A stretch of DNA of 64,000 nucleotides from an uncultured Pseudomonadota bacterium. Lineage in GTDB: Bacteria; Oederibacteriota; Muellerivitia; Muellerivitales; Muellerivitaceae. Positions 18,629 through 28,664 of the stretch are shown one piece after another. The translations under genes were made by a program, and so were the position numbers. The stretch spans positions 128,001-192,000 of the forward strand of contig CAVYRH010000026.1 of the NCBI GenBank assembly GCA_963770835.1. Direction: 5' to 3'. Below the pieces are notes generated by a model, which worked only from the letters and a program-made list of their open reading frames with translations, was not told the DNA's origin and did not search any database. How positions within the stretch are numbered: the first letter of the stretch is position 1; each line of letters begins with the position of its first letter.

Positions 18629-20689
18629 TTACTCGGCTTTTCCAGCCGAGAGGACGGACGCTTTTTTGAAGCATTGCCCCGATTCTTTCGTGCGTCCCTG
18701 GATCTTCAGGCAAACTCCCAAATCGTAATATAAATGGGCGGCCGGAATTCCCTGTCGAATGGCGTTCCGGTAGGCCTGGGTGGCTTGGATAAACCAGCCA
18801 TCCAGGTATTTAAAAAACGCCATTTTTTCCCAGTAAACGGCGGTCAAAAAAAGATCCCGTGAAAACCGCGCGGACAGGGAAGGATCGGCTTCCATGAAAC
18901 TGGCCCATCTTTGTCCGGGCATTTTATTTTTTATTTCAAAGTCGAATTCACGATAAAGGTTATCGGCCCTTTTCCAGCCTTCCAGCATCGCGGCCGGAAT
19001 TTGGGATGTGGGTATGAGGAATATTCCAAAGGGTTTGGGGTCATCCGGGCCATTCTTATCGGTTTTTAGGACATCAAACCGAAGCCCGGGAAATGATTTG
19101 ATGAAATAAGGGGCATACTGGGTATTCGTAATGACACAGGTCCAACTGGGCCGTGAATTCGAAAGGGATGGATTCTCGATGGCGTTAAAGGGATAGTCGG
19201 CGATATCAAGGGTTTTGTTGTCGTAATCGGTATTAAATTCGGAAAAAACGTAAACGGGCCCGCTCTGCCGGCTTAGGGAGCGGAGAATTTGGTAGGCGCT
19301 AAAGTATTCAACATTCCTCCATTGACGAATTGGAGCGGCCAATTGAATATCCCCATAAAGCCGGAATAAGTGGTAGGAGTTGAGGAAAACGGGGGCCAGC
19401 GCCAATCCCAACAAGGCCGCTTTTCGGTAAGCCGGAGCGGTTATTGTCACAAGGCATTGGATTCCCAAGGCGCCCAATAAAATGAAAAAAACGAGGGAAG
19501 GGGTGACCCTTTGCAGTTCCAAGGCATGGGTAAGGATTCCAGGCAAAAGGGAAAGAAAGATTCCCAAGCCACCTCCGGCCACTATTTTCCATTCGGCTTG
19601 CCGAACTGCGTAAAGCAAGCCCGTCAATATCAGGGCTCCTGTCGCCGCATCGAGGTATCCACCCCAAATGGGTCCCAGCGGATAACTCTCTTTCCCGTCC
19701 CAAAAAAGGCCACGGAGATAAAGGGGAAGTGAATGAAATGGGAGGAAACCAGAAAAATTCGACTGGAGATAATCCATCGCGCCGGGCGCCGACCGGGCGA
19801 AAACCAAGGGCAATGCGATGGATAGCGAGAGAATAAAAAAAAGGACGGTTTCGGGCAGTTCCCTCCTTTGGAAGCCCATCGCCAGGAGCACCGCCGCCCC
19901 AAAGAGCCAAACGACGGTCCAGTTGGTGTAAGTGTAAAACCCCGCGCCACACCAAGCGCCCAAGGCGGTGATCCAAAACCAATGGGCCCGCTTTCCCTTC
20001 GACTTCCAGTAAATCCCGATCAGAATAAACGCGGTGAGCTGGAAAAATGGAATCAGGTCGTTCGGAGTGCACTGCCGGGCCATGGCGATTTCCCAAAACG
20101 ACAGGGAAAACAGCCAGCAAAAAACGAAAGAAAGGAAGGGGGACAAGAATAACCGCGCCGCGCCGTAGGCCGCCAAGGCGCCCGCGATCGAAAAAAAAGT
20201 CGTGAAAAGCCTCAACGATAATAGCGAAGGTCCGGCTATCCGGAAGAAAGCCCAGAGGAACCACAAGAGAAAAGGCTCCATCCGGCCCTGGGTCCAAAGA
20301 AGGGTCCACCTCCATTTCTGCAGGAGGCCCAAGGCAAACGTCGAAAAAATACCCTCGTCCGAAAGCGGCCAAAAGGGCAGGGAAACCAGCCGATAAAAAT
20401 GTATCGTAAGAAAAAGAAGGATAAATAAAGTCCAAATCCAAAAAGGGATTCGACTCGGATTTTGGCAAAAAGGATCAAGGCGGCCGCCTTTTTTTCGCTC
20501 CCGCAGGACGATCACCAAGCCCATCGCTAGGGGCAGGACCAAGCCGAAAAAGACGATCCCCGGGCGAAAAGGAAGAGATGGTGGAGCATAGGAAAGAAGC
20601 GAGAGAGAAATCAAAAAAATCCAAAAATATGACCAGGGGTGGAAGGGGATATCCCTTTGCAGCCAATCGGGGAAAGGGGGCCGTTTCAT
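18629..20689 (-). CDS. GT-C (GT39/ArnT-like) membrane glycosyltransferase candidate with C-terminal TPR
   Basis: DE motif (SDEG) after the first TM helices, SLRL, many TM helices, TPR-like end (AHLYYDLGVCL). Confidence 0.7.
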   Translation of the reverse strand: MKRPPFPDWLQRDIPFHPWSYFWIFLISLSLLSYAPPSLPFRPGIVFFGLVLPLAMGLVIVLRERKKGGRLDPFCQNPSRIPFWIWTLFILLFLTIHFYRLVSLPFWPLSDEGIFSTFALGLLQKWRWTLLWTQGRMEPFLLWFLWAFFRIAGPSLLSLRLFTTFFSIAGALAAYGAARLFLSPFLSFVFCWLFSLSFWEIAMARQCTPNDLIPFFQLTAFILIGIYWKSKGKRAHWFWITALGAWCGAGFYTYTNWTVVWLFGAAVLLAMGFQRRELPETVLFFILSLSIALPLVFARSAPGAMDYLQSNFSGFLPFHSLPLYLRGLFWDGKESYPLGPIWGGYLDAATGALILTGLLYAVRQAEWKIVAGGGLGIFLSLLPGILTHALELQRVTPSLVFFILLGALGIQCLVTITAPAYRKAALLGLALAPVFLNSYHLFRLYGDIQLAAPIRQWRNVEYFSAYQILRSLSRQSGPVYVFSEFNTDYDNKTLDIADYPFNAIENPSLSNSRPSWTCVITNTQYAPYFIKSFPGLRFDVLKTDKNGPDDPKPFGIFLIPTSQIPAAMLEGWKRADNLYREFDFEIKNKMPGQRWASFMEADPSLSARFSRDLFLTAVYWEKMAFFKYLDGWFIQATQAYRNAIRQGIPAAHLYYDLGVCLKIQGRTKESGQCFKKASVLSAGKAE

Positions 20690-20738
20690 GCGTGGATTTT
20701 AACACATCCTTTCCGCACGCCTTTGGAAATGCTCCGAG

Positions 20739-22337
20739 TCAGGCCATGTCGGCGAAGGAATAGTCCGGACATTTGCGGGCAGTGTAGTCCTTGTCCCAGG
20801 AAGTCTTAAAGAGGATGACCGGGCGGTTTTGCTTGTCCTTGGTCTTCAAGACCTGCACGGGCGGGTCGAAACTTTCCACGTTTCCCACCAGCCAGGCGCT
20901 GCAGGTATAGGGCAGGGTCTCCAATTCGGTGTCCACGCCGTACTCGCCCTTCAACCGGTACTGCAATACGTCAAACTGCAGGCGTCCCACGGCCGCCACG
21001 TAAAAATCCAATTCGTCCCAGCTCTTGAGCATCTGCACCGTGCCCTCGGCCGTCATCTGCTCCACGCCCTTGTCGAAGGACTTGCGCTTGGCCACGTCCT
21101 TGGGGCGGACCCGGGCGAAGATCTCGGGCTGGAAGGAGGGGAGGGGCTTGAAGTTGAAACCGCCGGTGAGGGAAATGGTATCGCCGATGGCGAAGATGCC
21201 GGGATTGATGACCCCCACGATATCCCCCGGATAGGCCACGTCCACGGTGTTGCGGTCCTGGGCCAGCATGGAATGGGGCCGGGAGAGGCGGAGTTCCTTG
21301 TTCATGCGGTGGTGCTTGACCACCAGGTCCCTCTCAAAGCGCCCCGAGCAGACGCGCAGGAAGGCCGTCGAATCCCGGTGCTTGGGGTTCATGTTGGCCT
21401 GCAGCTTGAAGACATAGGCGGAAAAGGGCGTATCGACCGGATCCACGATGATCTCCCCATTGGGGGAATCGGCCAGGCGGGGGCCTGGAGGCGGGGCCAT
21501 ATCGACGAAAGCGTCGAAGAAAGGCTCCACCCCAAAATTGGTGAGGGCCGAGGCGAAGAATACCGGGGTTACCTTTCCTTTCAAGAATTCGGAGCGGTCG
21601 TAGGAGTTGCCGGCCACTTCCAAAAGCTCCAGGTCGTGGTGGAGTTTCCCCCAAAACTCCTCGGATACGTGGTTCTTTACGTCCGGATCGTCCAGAGAGA
21701 TCTTTTCCACGGCGGCCTTGGCGGCGCCTCCCACGGAGACCTTGGTGAAAAGAAGCAGTTCCTTCTTGGCCCGTTCGACGACCCCGACGAATTCGCGGCC
21801 GCTTCCCACGGGCCAATTGATGGCGGAGGAATGGATGCCCAGGACCTGCTCGACTTCCTGCATCAGGTCCAGGGGGTCCCGGCCCGGAAGGTCCATCTTG
21901 TTGATGAAGGTCATGACGGGAATGCCCCGCAGGCGGCAGACCTCGAAGAGCTTGCGCGTCTGGGTTTCCACGCCCTTGGTCGCGTCGATGACCATGATGG
22001 CGCAGTCGGCGGCGGTGAGCGTGCGGTAGGTGTCTTCGGAAAAGTCCTGGTGGCCCGGGGTATCCAGCACGTTGATGATGGCGTTCTTATAGGGGAACTG
22101 CATGGCCGAGGCGGTGATGGAAATGCCGCGTTCCTGTTCCATGCCCATCCAGTCGGACACCGCCACCTTGCCGCCCTTGCGGCCCCGCACCATGCCGGCG
22201 GTCTGGATCATGCCGGAATAAAGCAGTAGCTTCTCCGTGAGGGTGGTCTTCCCCGCGTCCGGATGGCTGATGATGGCGAAGGTGCGCCGTTTGGCGATGG
22301 CGTTTTTGATTTCGTTAGTCAATGCCGGATCGGACAT
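20739..22337 (-). CDS. prfC: Peptide chain release factor 3
   Basis: RRTFAIISHPDAGKTTLTEK, SDWM.MEQERGISI, DTPGHQDFSEDTYR, NKMD, LQFDV. Confidence 0.97.
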   Translation of the reverse strand: MSDPALTNEIKNAIAKRRTFAIISHPDAGKTTLTEKLLLYSGMIQTAGMVRGRKGGKVAVSDWMGMEQERGISITASAMQFPYKNAIINVLDTPGHQDFSEDTYRTLTAADCAIMVIDATKGVETQTRKLFEVCRLRGIPVMTFINKMDLPGRDPLDLMQEVEQVLGIHSSAINWPVGSGREFVGVVERAKKELLLFTKVSVGGAAKAAVEKISLDDPDVKNHVSEEFWGKLHHDLELLEVAGNSYDRSEFLKGKVTPVFFASALTNFGVEPFFDAFVDMAPPPGPRLADSPNGEIIVDPVDTPFSAYVFKLQANMNPKHRDSTAFLRVCSGRFERDLVVKHHRMNKELRLSRPHSMLAQDRNTVDVAYPGDIVGVINPGIFAIGDTISLTGGFNFKPLPSFQPEIFARVRPKDVAKRKSFDKGVEQMTAEGTVQMLKSWDELDFYVAAVGRLQFDVLQYRLKGEYGVDTELETLPYTCSAWLVGNVESFDPPVQVLKTKDKQNRPVILFKTSWDKDYTARKCPDYSFADMA

Positions 22338-22537
22338 GCCGACTTTCCTTAATAGCTCACGCGGCAAGCCGCGTAAAGATGTACGGAGGCCGGTATAGTA
22401 CCGATCTCTGCTTTTATGTTGTTAGAAATGGTGAATCGGCGCAGGCTGGCATTCCTTTTTTGTGAATTGGCCGCGCATTGTAGCAGATTTTCCGGGCCTC
22501 TCCGGCTTTTGGGAGAAGTTTGGACAGGGGGTGGTTC

Positions 22538-22572
22538 AAAAAAAAAGCCCCTGGGCCCAAACCCAGGGGCTT
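22538..22572 (-). terminator. Rho-independent terminator
   Basis: Minus strand aagcccctgggt-ttgg-gcccaggggc followed by nine T. Confidence 0.85.
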
Positions 22573-22589
22573 GAACGGCAGTAAATGTA

Positions 22590-22790
22590 TTACTTGGTGG
22601 TAGCCGGCGCGGAAGAAGTGGTTGAAGAACCCTTCTTACCCTTTTTCCCGCCCTTGTGGCCCTTTTTTCCGCCCTTGTGAGTCTTCGTAGCCTTAGTCGC
22701 GGTTGTCGAACCGGTATCCTGCGCCATCACCAAACCGGTTGTCGTACCCAAGAACAAAACGGCCATCAACGCCAAAACGATCTTTTTCAT
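22590..22790 (-). CDS. Small secreted Lys/Thr-rich protein
   Basis: AAGGAG RBS, signal peptide, repeated HKGGKKG, own strong terminator. Confidence 0.75.
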   Translation of the reverse strand: MKKIVLALMAVLFLGTTTGLVMAQDTGSTTATKATKTHKGGKKGHKGGKKGKKGSSTTSSAPATTK

Positions 22791-23087
22791 GTTGCTCTCT
22801 CCTTAATCCAATCATTTTATTTAGGGTTGACCCTAATACAGCATGCCTTTAAGACGAGTAGGTTGTCATGGAAGTTCCCGAAAAAGGGGGTTCGGTTCCC
22901 TTTTTACCGGTTCTTTACAGGGATCTGCAAGCCGCGCGAAGATAAACGGAGGTCGGTATAGTACTGATTTCAATTTTAATACCGTTAAAAATGATGAATC
23001 GGCATATGGGGGCACCCCTTATCAAACAATCCTTTTCTTGGCTTGGGGCTTGGGATAAAGTAACGCCATTCCAAGCAAAGGACGGCC

Positions 23088-24173
23088 ATGCGCAATACCT
23101 TCTGCCTCAAGTGGGACCAGGAACACGGCGCCAAGCTGGTGGACTTCCACGGCTGGAACATGCCGGTTTCCTACACCAAGGGAATCCTCGCCGAGCACGA
23201 AGCCACCCGCACTTCCGCCGGGCTTTTCAACATCTCCCACATGGGGCGCCTTCGCGTCCACGGCCCCCAAGCCTATAAATTCTGCCAATACGCCTTCACC
23301 AACGACCTCTCCAAGGTCAGCATCGGCAGCGCCCTCTATGGCTTCCTCCTCAACGACAAGGGCGGAATCATCGACGACGTGATCATCTATAAAGAAGCCA
23401 ACGACCGGTTTCTTTGGATCATCAACGCCGGCGGCCGGGAAACGGACGTGGAGCATCTGAAGCGCCTTTCGGCCGGGAAAGACCTCAAGCTCGATAACCT
23501 TTCGGATGAAACCGCGTTATTGGCATTACAAGGCCCCAAGGCGGACGCGGTCTTGAAGCGGCTGGTGAAGGACACTGACATGGACAAGATCCCCTATTTC
23601 GGTTTTGGCCGGGGAACGGTCAACAGCAAAGCCGCTTTCTTGATGGCCACCGGCTACACCGGGGAAGACGGCTACGAGCTGATGGTGGACGTGAAGGACG
23701 CCCCGATGATTTGGGAGCTAATGGTGGCCCAGCCGGAAGTTACCGCCTGCGGCCTGGGCGCGCGGGATTCCCTGCGCCTGGAGGCGGGCCTGCCGCTCCA
23801 TGGCAACGACATTGACGAAACCACCCAGCCCTACGAGGCGGGATTAGGTTGGGCAGTGAAAATGGACAAGGAAGGCGGGTTTTTCGGGCGGGAAGCACTC
23901 AACAAGACGCCGGGTCGCAAGCTCATCGGCCTGACCCTGGAAGGCCAGAATATCCCCCGTTCCCACTACAAGGTCGTCTCCGAGGGCCAAGAAGCCGGGG
24001 AAGTCACCAGCGGCATTTTCTCACCCACGCTCAAAAAAGGAATCGCGCTGGCTTACGTAAAGACCGAATTCCTGGATAAACCCCTGGCCGTGGACATCCG
24101 CGGCAAGGCTGTTCCCGCCGTCGTCACCAAGCTCCCCTGGGTGCGGCATGTCACAAAATCAAAGGCCAAGTAA
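23088..24173 (+). CDS. gcvT: Glycine cleavage system T protein
   Basis: DFHGWNMPVSY, SHMG, GGIIDD, TGYTGEDGYE, GLGARDSLRLEAG. Confidence 0.95.
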   Translation: MRNTFCLKWDQEHGAKLVDFHGWNMPVSYTKGILAEHEATRTSAGLFNISHMGRLRVHGPQAYKFCQYAFTNDLSKVSIGSALYGFLLNDKGGIIDDVIIYKEANDRFLWIINAGGRETDVEHLKRLSAGKDLKLDNLSDETALLALQGPKADAVLKRLVKDTDMDKIPYFGFGRGTVNSKAAFLMATGYTGEDGYELMVDVKDAPMIWELMVAQPEVTACGLGARDSLRLEAGLPLHGNDIDETTQPYEAGLGWAVKMDKEGGFFGREALNKTPGRKLIGLTLEGQNIPRSHYKVVSEGQEAGEVTSGIFSPTLKKGIALAYVKTEFLDKPLAVDIRGKAVPAVVTKLPWVRHVTKSKAK

Positions 24174-24441
24174 AATTGCGCTTTTGTCATTCGTTAAGAT
24201 CCTGTTAAAAATTAATCCCATTCCGGTCCACAATTCCCTATAGAAAGTTGACATTTTTTGTCCTCAGTCGCGAAGTTACCGGCAATTTCATTTGAAATTC
24301 AACGCCACCCACCCGTCATCTCCCGGTCCGGGAATGTTAAAAATTAAGGAAAATCTTCCTTGGCCCTCTTGCGCGTGGTTGTTTTTTGAAATAGTTTTCT
24401 AGCTGTCGCGCATATCCCATTCGAGAGTAAAGGAGATTGTC

Positions 24442-24852
24442 ATGGCGGTTAAAAAAATCCTGTTAGTGGAAGACAACCCAGCGGATGTCCGGGTAGCTGA
24501 AATGGCCTTGGAGAAATACGCTCCGAAAGGGTTTACCCTGCAACACGCGGAATGCGTCCAAAATGCCTTGAACTGCCTTTCCAAGGAATCCTTCTCGGTG
24601 ATCCTGCTGGATCTTTTCCTGCCGGATGCCTCCGGCTTGGACGCCCTCGTCCAGATTCATTCGAGGTATCCCCATATCCCCATCATCGCGCTCACGGGCT
24701 TGCTGGATGAGAAAACGACCCAGTTCGCCGAGCACATGGGAGCCAAGATGTATTTCTGCAAGGACGACCTGTCCTGGGAAAAAGTCATCAATGCCGTTAA
24801 GCGTTTGGCGGGATTCCAAAGTGAGGACCCGCGGGAGCGGGTCGAGGCTTAA
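24442..24852 (+). CDS. Stand-alone response regulator receiver, copy 1
   Basis: ILLVEDN, LLDLFLPD, IIALTG, K; AAGGAG RBS. Confidence 0.9.
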   Translation: MAVKKILLVEDNPADVRVAEMALEKYAPKGFTLQHAECVQNALNCLSKESFSVILLDLFLPDASGLDALVQIHSRYPHIPIIALTGLLDEKTTQFAEHMGAKMYFCKDDLSWEKVINAVKRLAGFQSEDPRERVEA

Positions 24853-24896
24853 CCACCCTTTGGTTTTTGCGGGGAGTCAGGGGAAAAAGACCGGCT

Positions 24897-25148
24897 TTAA
24901 CTACTTTTTCTTTTTCGATGGCCGTTGCGCCCATCGAACACACCTTTAATCAAAGCCTCTGGTGGTACCTTGAACATCTGGCTGAGGCGGAAGAATGTCT
25001 GCAGGGAATGGGGCCGGCCGGACTCCAGTTGCTGGTAGTGCCTGACGGAAAAATTATATTCCAGAACGTCTTCCTGGACCATTTTCCGTTCGGTGCGCAA
25101 TTCCCGGTACCGCTCGCCCAACTTTTGGAAGGCCGTCTCGTATTCCAC
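24897..25148 (-). CDS. XRE-family HTH transcriptional regulator
   Basis: LGERYRELR....QE....SVRHYQQLESG...L..F..L; AAGGAG RBS before GTG. Confidence 0.8.
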   Translation of the reverse strand: MEYETAFQKLGERYRELRTERKMVQEDVLEYNFSVRHYQQLESGRPHSLQTFFRLSQMFKVPPEALIKGVFDGRNGHRKRKSS

Positions 25149-25739
25149 GTGGTTGCTCCTTGTGCGGATTGAGAATCACAAGGTATGTGTGAAAAGGCCA
25201 CGAGCAATAGAACGTAAATCCTATCAATCATCTTAACTATAGGCTCATTTTGACCGATTAAAAGGTATTCCCCTATGACGACCGGTCCAACCGGAAACGG
25301 GAGAAGGCCTTTTCGGCGTTTAAGACCCCTTTTGCTGCCATTCGTCAAATAAAGGGTGGGACCTTTGCCGCTGGGGTTGGAAAAAAATAAAACAGGATTT
25401 GAGTGTTTCATCGGGCTTGCCGGTTCCTTCTTCGGGGTTGCTGGAGCCTCGCCTCAAAAGGTTTTCCGGTGGGGCGGTCCGGGATTTAATAAAAAATTAA
25501 CTTCATCCGGGTCCCCGGGGTTCCTCGGAATTTACCCTTTTTTTGTCCTTCCCCCCGATCGGAAACCGTGAAGTTACGGGCTATTTAAGGGGAAATTTAA
25601 CGTCCATCCATTTGGCGTTTTTTAAGCCCGTAAATGTTCAAAACAAGGAAAATCTTTTCCAGCTTTTTTGCACGTGGCCGATTTTTAAAATTAACCCATA
25701 GTTATTTGTGCTTCCCAGTTTTGAGCGAAGGAGTTTGCC

Positions 25740-26150
25740 ATGGCGGTCAAAAAAATTCTGATGGTGGAAGATAACCCGGGGGATGTCCTGTTGGCCGAAA
25801 TAGCCATAGAGAAATTCGCGCCGAAGGAGTTTGCCCTGCAACATGAGGAATGCGTCCAAAACGCCCTGGGCCGCCTTTCCAAGGAATCCTTCGACGTGAT
25901 CCTGCTGGATCTTTTCCTGCCGGATGCCTCCGGCTTGGAAGCCCTTGTCCGGGTCCACGCGATCCATCCCAACGTCCCCATTATCGCGCTCACGGGCCTG
26001 ATGGATGAGAAAACGGCCCTGCTTGCCGAGCAAATGGGGGCCGTGATGTATTTCTGCAAGGACACCCTGTCCTGGGGAAATTTGGTCAAGGCGATTAAGA
26101 AATTGGAGGGATTCCAAAGCGAAGGCCCCCGGGAGCGGGTTGAGGCTTAA
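25740..26150 (+). CDS. Stand-alone response regulator receiver, copy 2
   Basis: 136-aa paralog of 24442-24852 with the same length and the same termini (MAVKKIL ... PRERVEA). Confidence 0.9.
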   Translation: MAVKKILMVEDNPGDVLLAEIAIEKFAPKEFALQHEECVQNALGRLSKESFDVILLDLFLPDASGLEALVRVHAIHPNVPIIALTGLMDEKTALLAEQMGAVMYFCKDTLSWGNLVKAIKKLEGFQSEGPRERVEA

Positions 26151-26252
26151 CCACCTCCGGTTTTCGCGCCCCTTTTTCCGTTCAATTTCTCCGGACTTTA
26201 TGGGTGTGTCGCCCCTCCTTCCGTATTAAATTAATCGAAGGAGGGCATTCCG

Positions 26253-26678
26253 ATGACGTTTTCACCGATTCATTTGATCCGAAATAAACCGGTCTGCCTT
26301 GTCGTCTTGCTCATTCAAATAGCCTTAGTTGGGGCCTGCGCGTCCAGGGCCGAGGTCAAGCCCTCCCTCGTCGAAGACACCCTTTATTTCGGCCTTTCAA
26401 CGCCTCAGGGCCCGGTCACCCCGGACCAATGGAATGATTTCCTGGGCAAGGAAGTGACACCCCGGTTTCCCGATGGCCTCACAGCTTGGGACGCGAAGGG
26501 ACAATGGAAGGACGTCCAGGGGAAGATCGGCAAAGAGCCCACGAAGGTTCTTTTACTCATCCATCCCGACAGCGACGCCGAGGATAAAGCGGTCCAGTTG
26601 ATCATTGATATTTATAAAAGGGAATTCCACCAGGAATCGGTCATGCGGGTTAAAAGCCAACCCCAAGTGTCGTTTTGA
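26253..26678 (+). CDS. DUF3574-like lipoprotein
   Basis: LVGAC lipobox; LYFGL, FL..EVTPRFPDGLT..DA.GQW, F.QESV. Confidence 0.8.
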   Translation: MTFSPIHLIRNKPVCLVVLLIQIALVGACASRAEVKPSLVEDTLYFGLSTPQGPVTPDQWNDFLGKEVTPRFPDGLTAWDAKGQWKDVQGKIGKEPTKVLLLIHPDSDAEDKAVQLIIDIYKREFHQESVMRVKSQPQVSF

Positions 26679-26723
26679 GATAATGTCTCAGTAAGAGGTT
26701 CCAAATAAAAAGGAGGATATTCA

Positions 26724-27041
26724 ATGCGCTGGTACCACTACGTTTCATACTTTTGGGGCGGGGCTTTTCTCGCCAATGCCGTACCGCATTTCGTCAGCGG
26801 TGTGACGGGGCATCCCTTTCAAAGCCCCTTTGCTTCCCCGCCCGGGGAAGGATTGTCTTCCGCCACGGTGAACGTGTTATGGGGCTCGTTCAACCTCGTC
26901 ATCGCTTATTTGCTCCTGTGCCGCGTTGGAAAGTTTGACTTGCGGCAGACAAGGCATGTCCTGGTTGCCGGCCTGGGCGCGTTATTGATGGCGGTGATGC
27001 TCGCCCATGCGTTTGGACGGTTCTACGGTGGAAGTATTTAA
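26724..27041 (+). CDS. Hypothetical membrane protein
   Basis: AAGGAGG RBS; three hydrophobic segments; NAVPHFVSG..G.PFQSPFA.PPG motif. Confidence 0.75.
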   Translation: MRWYHYVSYFWGGAFLANAVPHFVSGVTGHPFQSPFASPPGEGLSSATVNVLWGSFNLVIAYLLLCRVGKFDLRQTRHVLVAGLGALLMAVMLAHAFGRFYGGSI

Positions 27042-27100
27042 GTTAATTCGCCTGGAATTCCAGCCGATTTTTGCGGCAATTCCGGGAGCGCCAAGTGGGG

Positions 27101-27508
27101 TTAGCTGGCTTTTTCGGACTCGCCCACTTCCAACCAGGCCAGGGCCTGTTCCAATTCGGTGAAGGTTCTCACGGGAAGGCCGTTGTTCACGCCCACGGTT
27201 TCCTCAAAACGCCGGGGGTCCACCAGGGGATGTTTTCCAATGACGGCGAACCGGCAGGGCAGGATGTTGCCGGTCAAGCGGGCCTTCAGGTATCTCATGC
27301 TGAATTGGGTGGCCATGTTGAAGCGCTCCATGGTGGAGGGATTGCCTTCCAGCCCCCGGACATCAAACAAGATCCGCCGGGCCTGGTGTTTTTTGCAAAG
27401 TTCCAGGATGCGGTCGGAGGTTTCGCCGATGCTGTGGTTGTCCCATTGACCTTCCAAGCTGATCCGAAGGTAGTTCGGTTGGGGATCGTCTTTTAGGATT
27501 TGCGCCAT
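27101..27508 (-). CDS. Hypothetical protein, STAS/SEC14-like
   Basis: RILFDVR, RFAVIG, FEETV..NNG...RTF....ALAWL pattern. Confidence 0.65.
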   Translation of the reverse strand: MAQILKDDPQPNYLRISLEGQWDNHSIGETSDRILELCKKHQARRILFDVRGLEGNPSTMERFNMATQFSMRYLKARLTGNILPCRFAVIGKHPLVDPRRFEETVGVNNGLPVRTFTELEQALAWLEVGESEKAS

Positions 27509-27702
27509 GACAACTTCCGTCCCCCAGACCCTTTTGGAAAGACCTGGAGGAATCTTGTTATTATTTACGCATGTTAAAAGGAAACCAGGGAAATGGCCAG
27601 GGGCGTTTTTTGCCCGGTTTCAAAAGAAGGAGTGCCGGCTCAGGGATTGATTTTCAGGCCCTGACACCTTTTGATGAGTATGAAATAACCGGGAGAACTT
27701 CG

Positions 27703-27945
27703 ATGACCGTTGATGATTCCTTTCCGCCGGTTGATCCCATCGTTCCCACGCCGGCTCCCCATATCGTGGTTCCGCGCCAACGGCGTTTTTCGGACAGAAC
27801 CAGGCGGCTTATCAATGAATTGCGGCAGGAGCAGACAGAACTGACGGAAAAGAAGAAAAAGGGTTCGTCCGGAAAAGCGGCATCGAACAGGCCATCTCCC
27901 CCTCCTGCGCCCAACCCAGGCACCGGGTTCGACAAGTTGGCCTGA
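27703..27945 (+). CDS. Small hypothetical protein
   Basis: GGGAG RBS before ATG 27703; Pro-rich and basic; ends GTGFDKLA. Confidence 0.45.
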   Translation: MTVDDSFPPVDPIVPTPAPHIVVPRQRRFSDRTRRLINELRQEQTELTEKKKKGSSGKAASNRPSPPPAPNPGTGFDKLA

Positions 27946-28129
27946 ATTAAAGGCAACTGCCCGGAATAAATTCCACAAGCGAAGAGAACCAACCTTGTTG
28001 ATCACTTACTTCGGATCGGGGCCTTTCAGCTTGGGGAATTAACCGGGAAACTAAGGGCCGGATCCTTGATTTCCCCCGCTTCTTTCCAGCAAGCTATTTC
28101 AAAATCCGCGCTCAAGAAAGGCTCTTCCC

Positions 28130-28510
28130 ATGGAACAGGTAAAATAAATCCCCAGAGCATGCAACATCGGCCCCCAGGAACGGAAACTCCGCATGATCGG
28201 GGGCTGGATTAGGACCGTGGTTTTCCTGGCCTTGCTCGTTTATTTTCACCTGGGGGGAGTCCCGAAATGGGCCAACTTCTTCCTCTTCATTCCCGCCCTG
28301 ATGGGGTCTATCGGGCTGCTGCAATACTACCTTCACTTTTGCGTGAACTTCGGCCTGAGGGGGTTGATGAACGTCGATAAGGAAGCCTTTAAAACCGAAC
28401 CCGTTGAGCAGGCGGAGTTCCGCCGCCTGGACCGCCAAAATGCCTGGAAGATCATTTCCGTTGGATTGGGCCTCAGCCTTGCCGTGACTCTGGCGGCTTA
28501 TTTCTTTTAA
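28130..28510 (+). pseudogene. Membrane protein (CNIG..ER motif, DUF2892-like) with early in-frame stop
   Basis: ATG 28130 reads MEQVK*IPRACNIGPQERKLRM...; the TAA at 28145-28147 is in frame with the downstream ORF. Confidence 0.6.
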
Positions 28511-28664
28511 CCGAATGTAGACAGGGTCCCCTAGGTAATCATTTTTTCGTGGGCGCAAGGACCGGCCAAGAATAATTGATTGTTATGGAAGCGATGCCGC
28601 CTTATCCTTCTTAAAGATCCCGGCTGATTTCGAGACTTCACTTCGGGATTGTGGAGGCAACGGC

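Noticed and set aside
22800..23087. Glycine riboswitch before gcvT (also checked before gcvH)
   Set aside because: No recognisable GGAGA…CCGAAG…CTCTCAGG aptamer pattern.
28145..28147. Stop-codon reassignment
   Set aside because: TAA, TAG and TGA all terminate well-supported genes elsewhere in the window.
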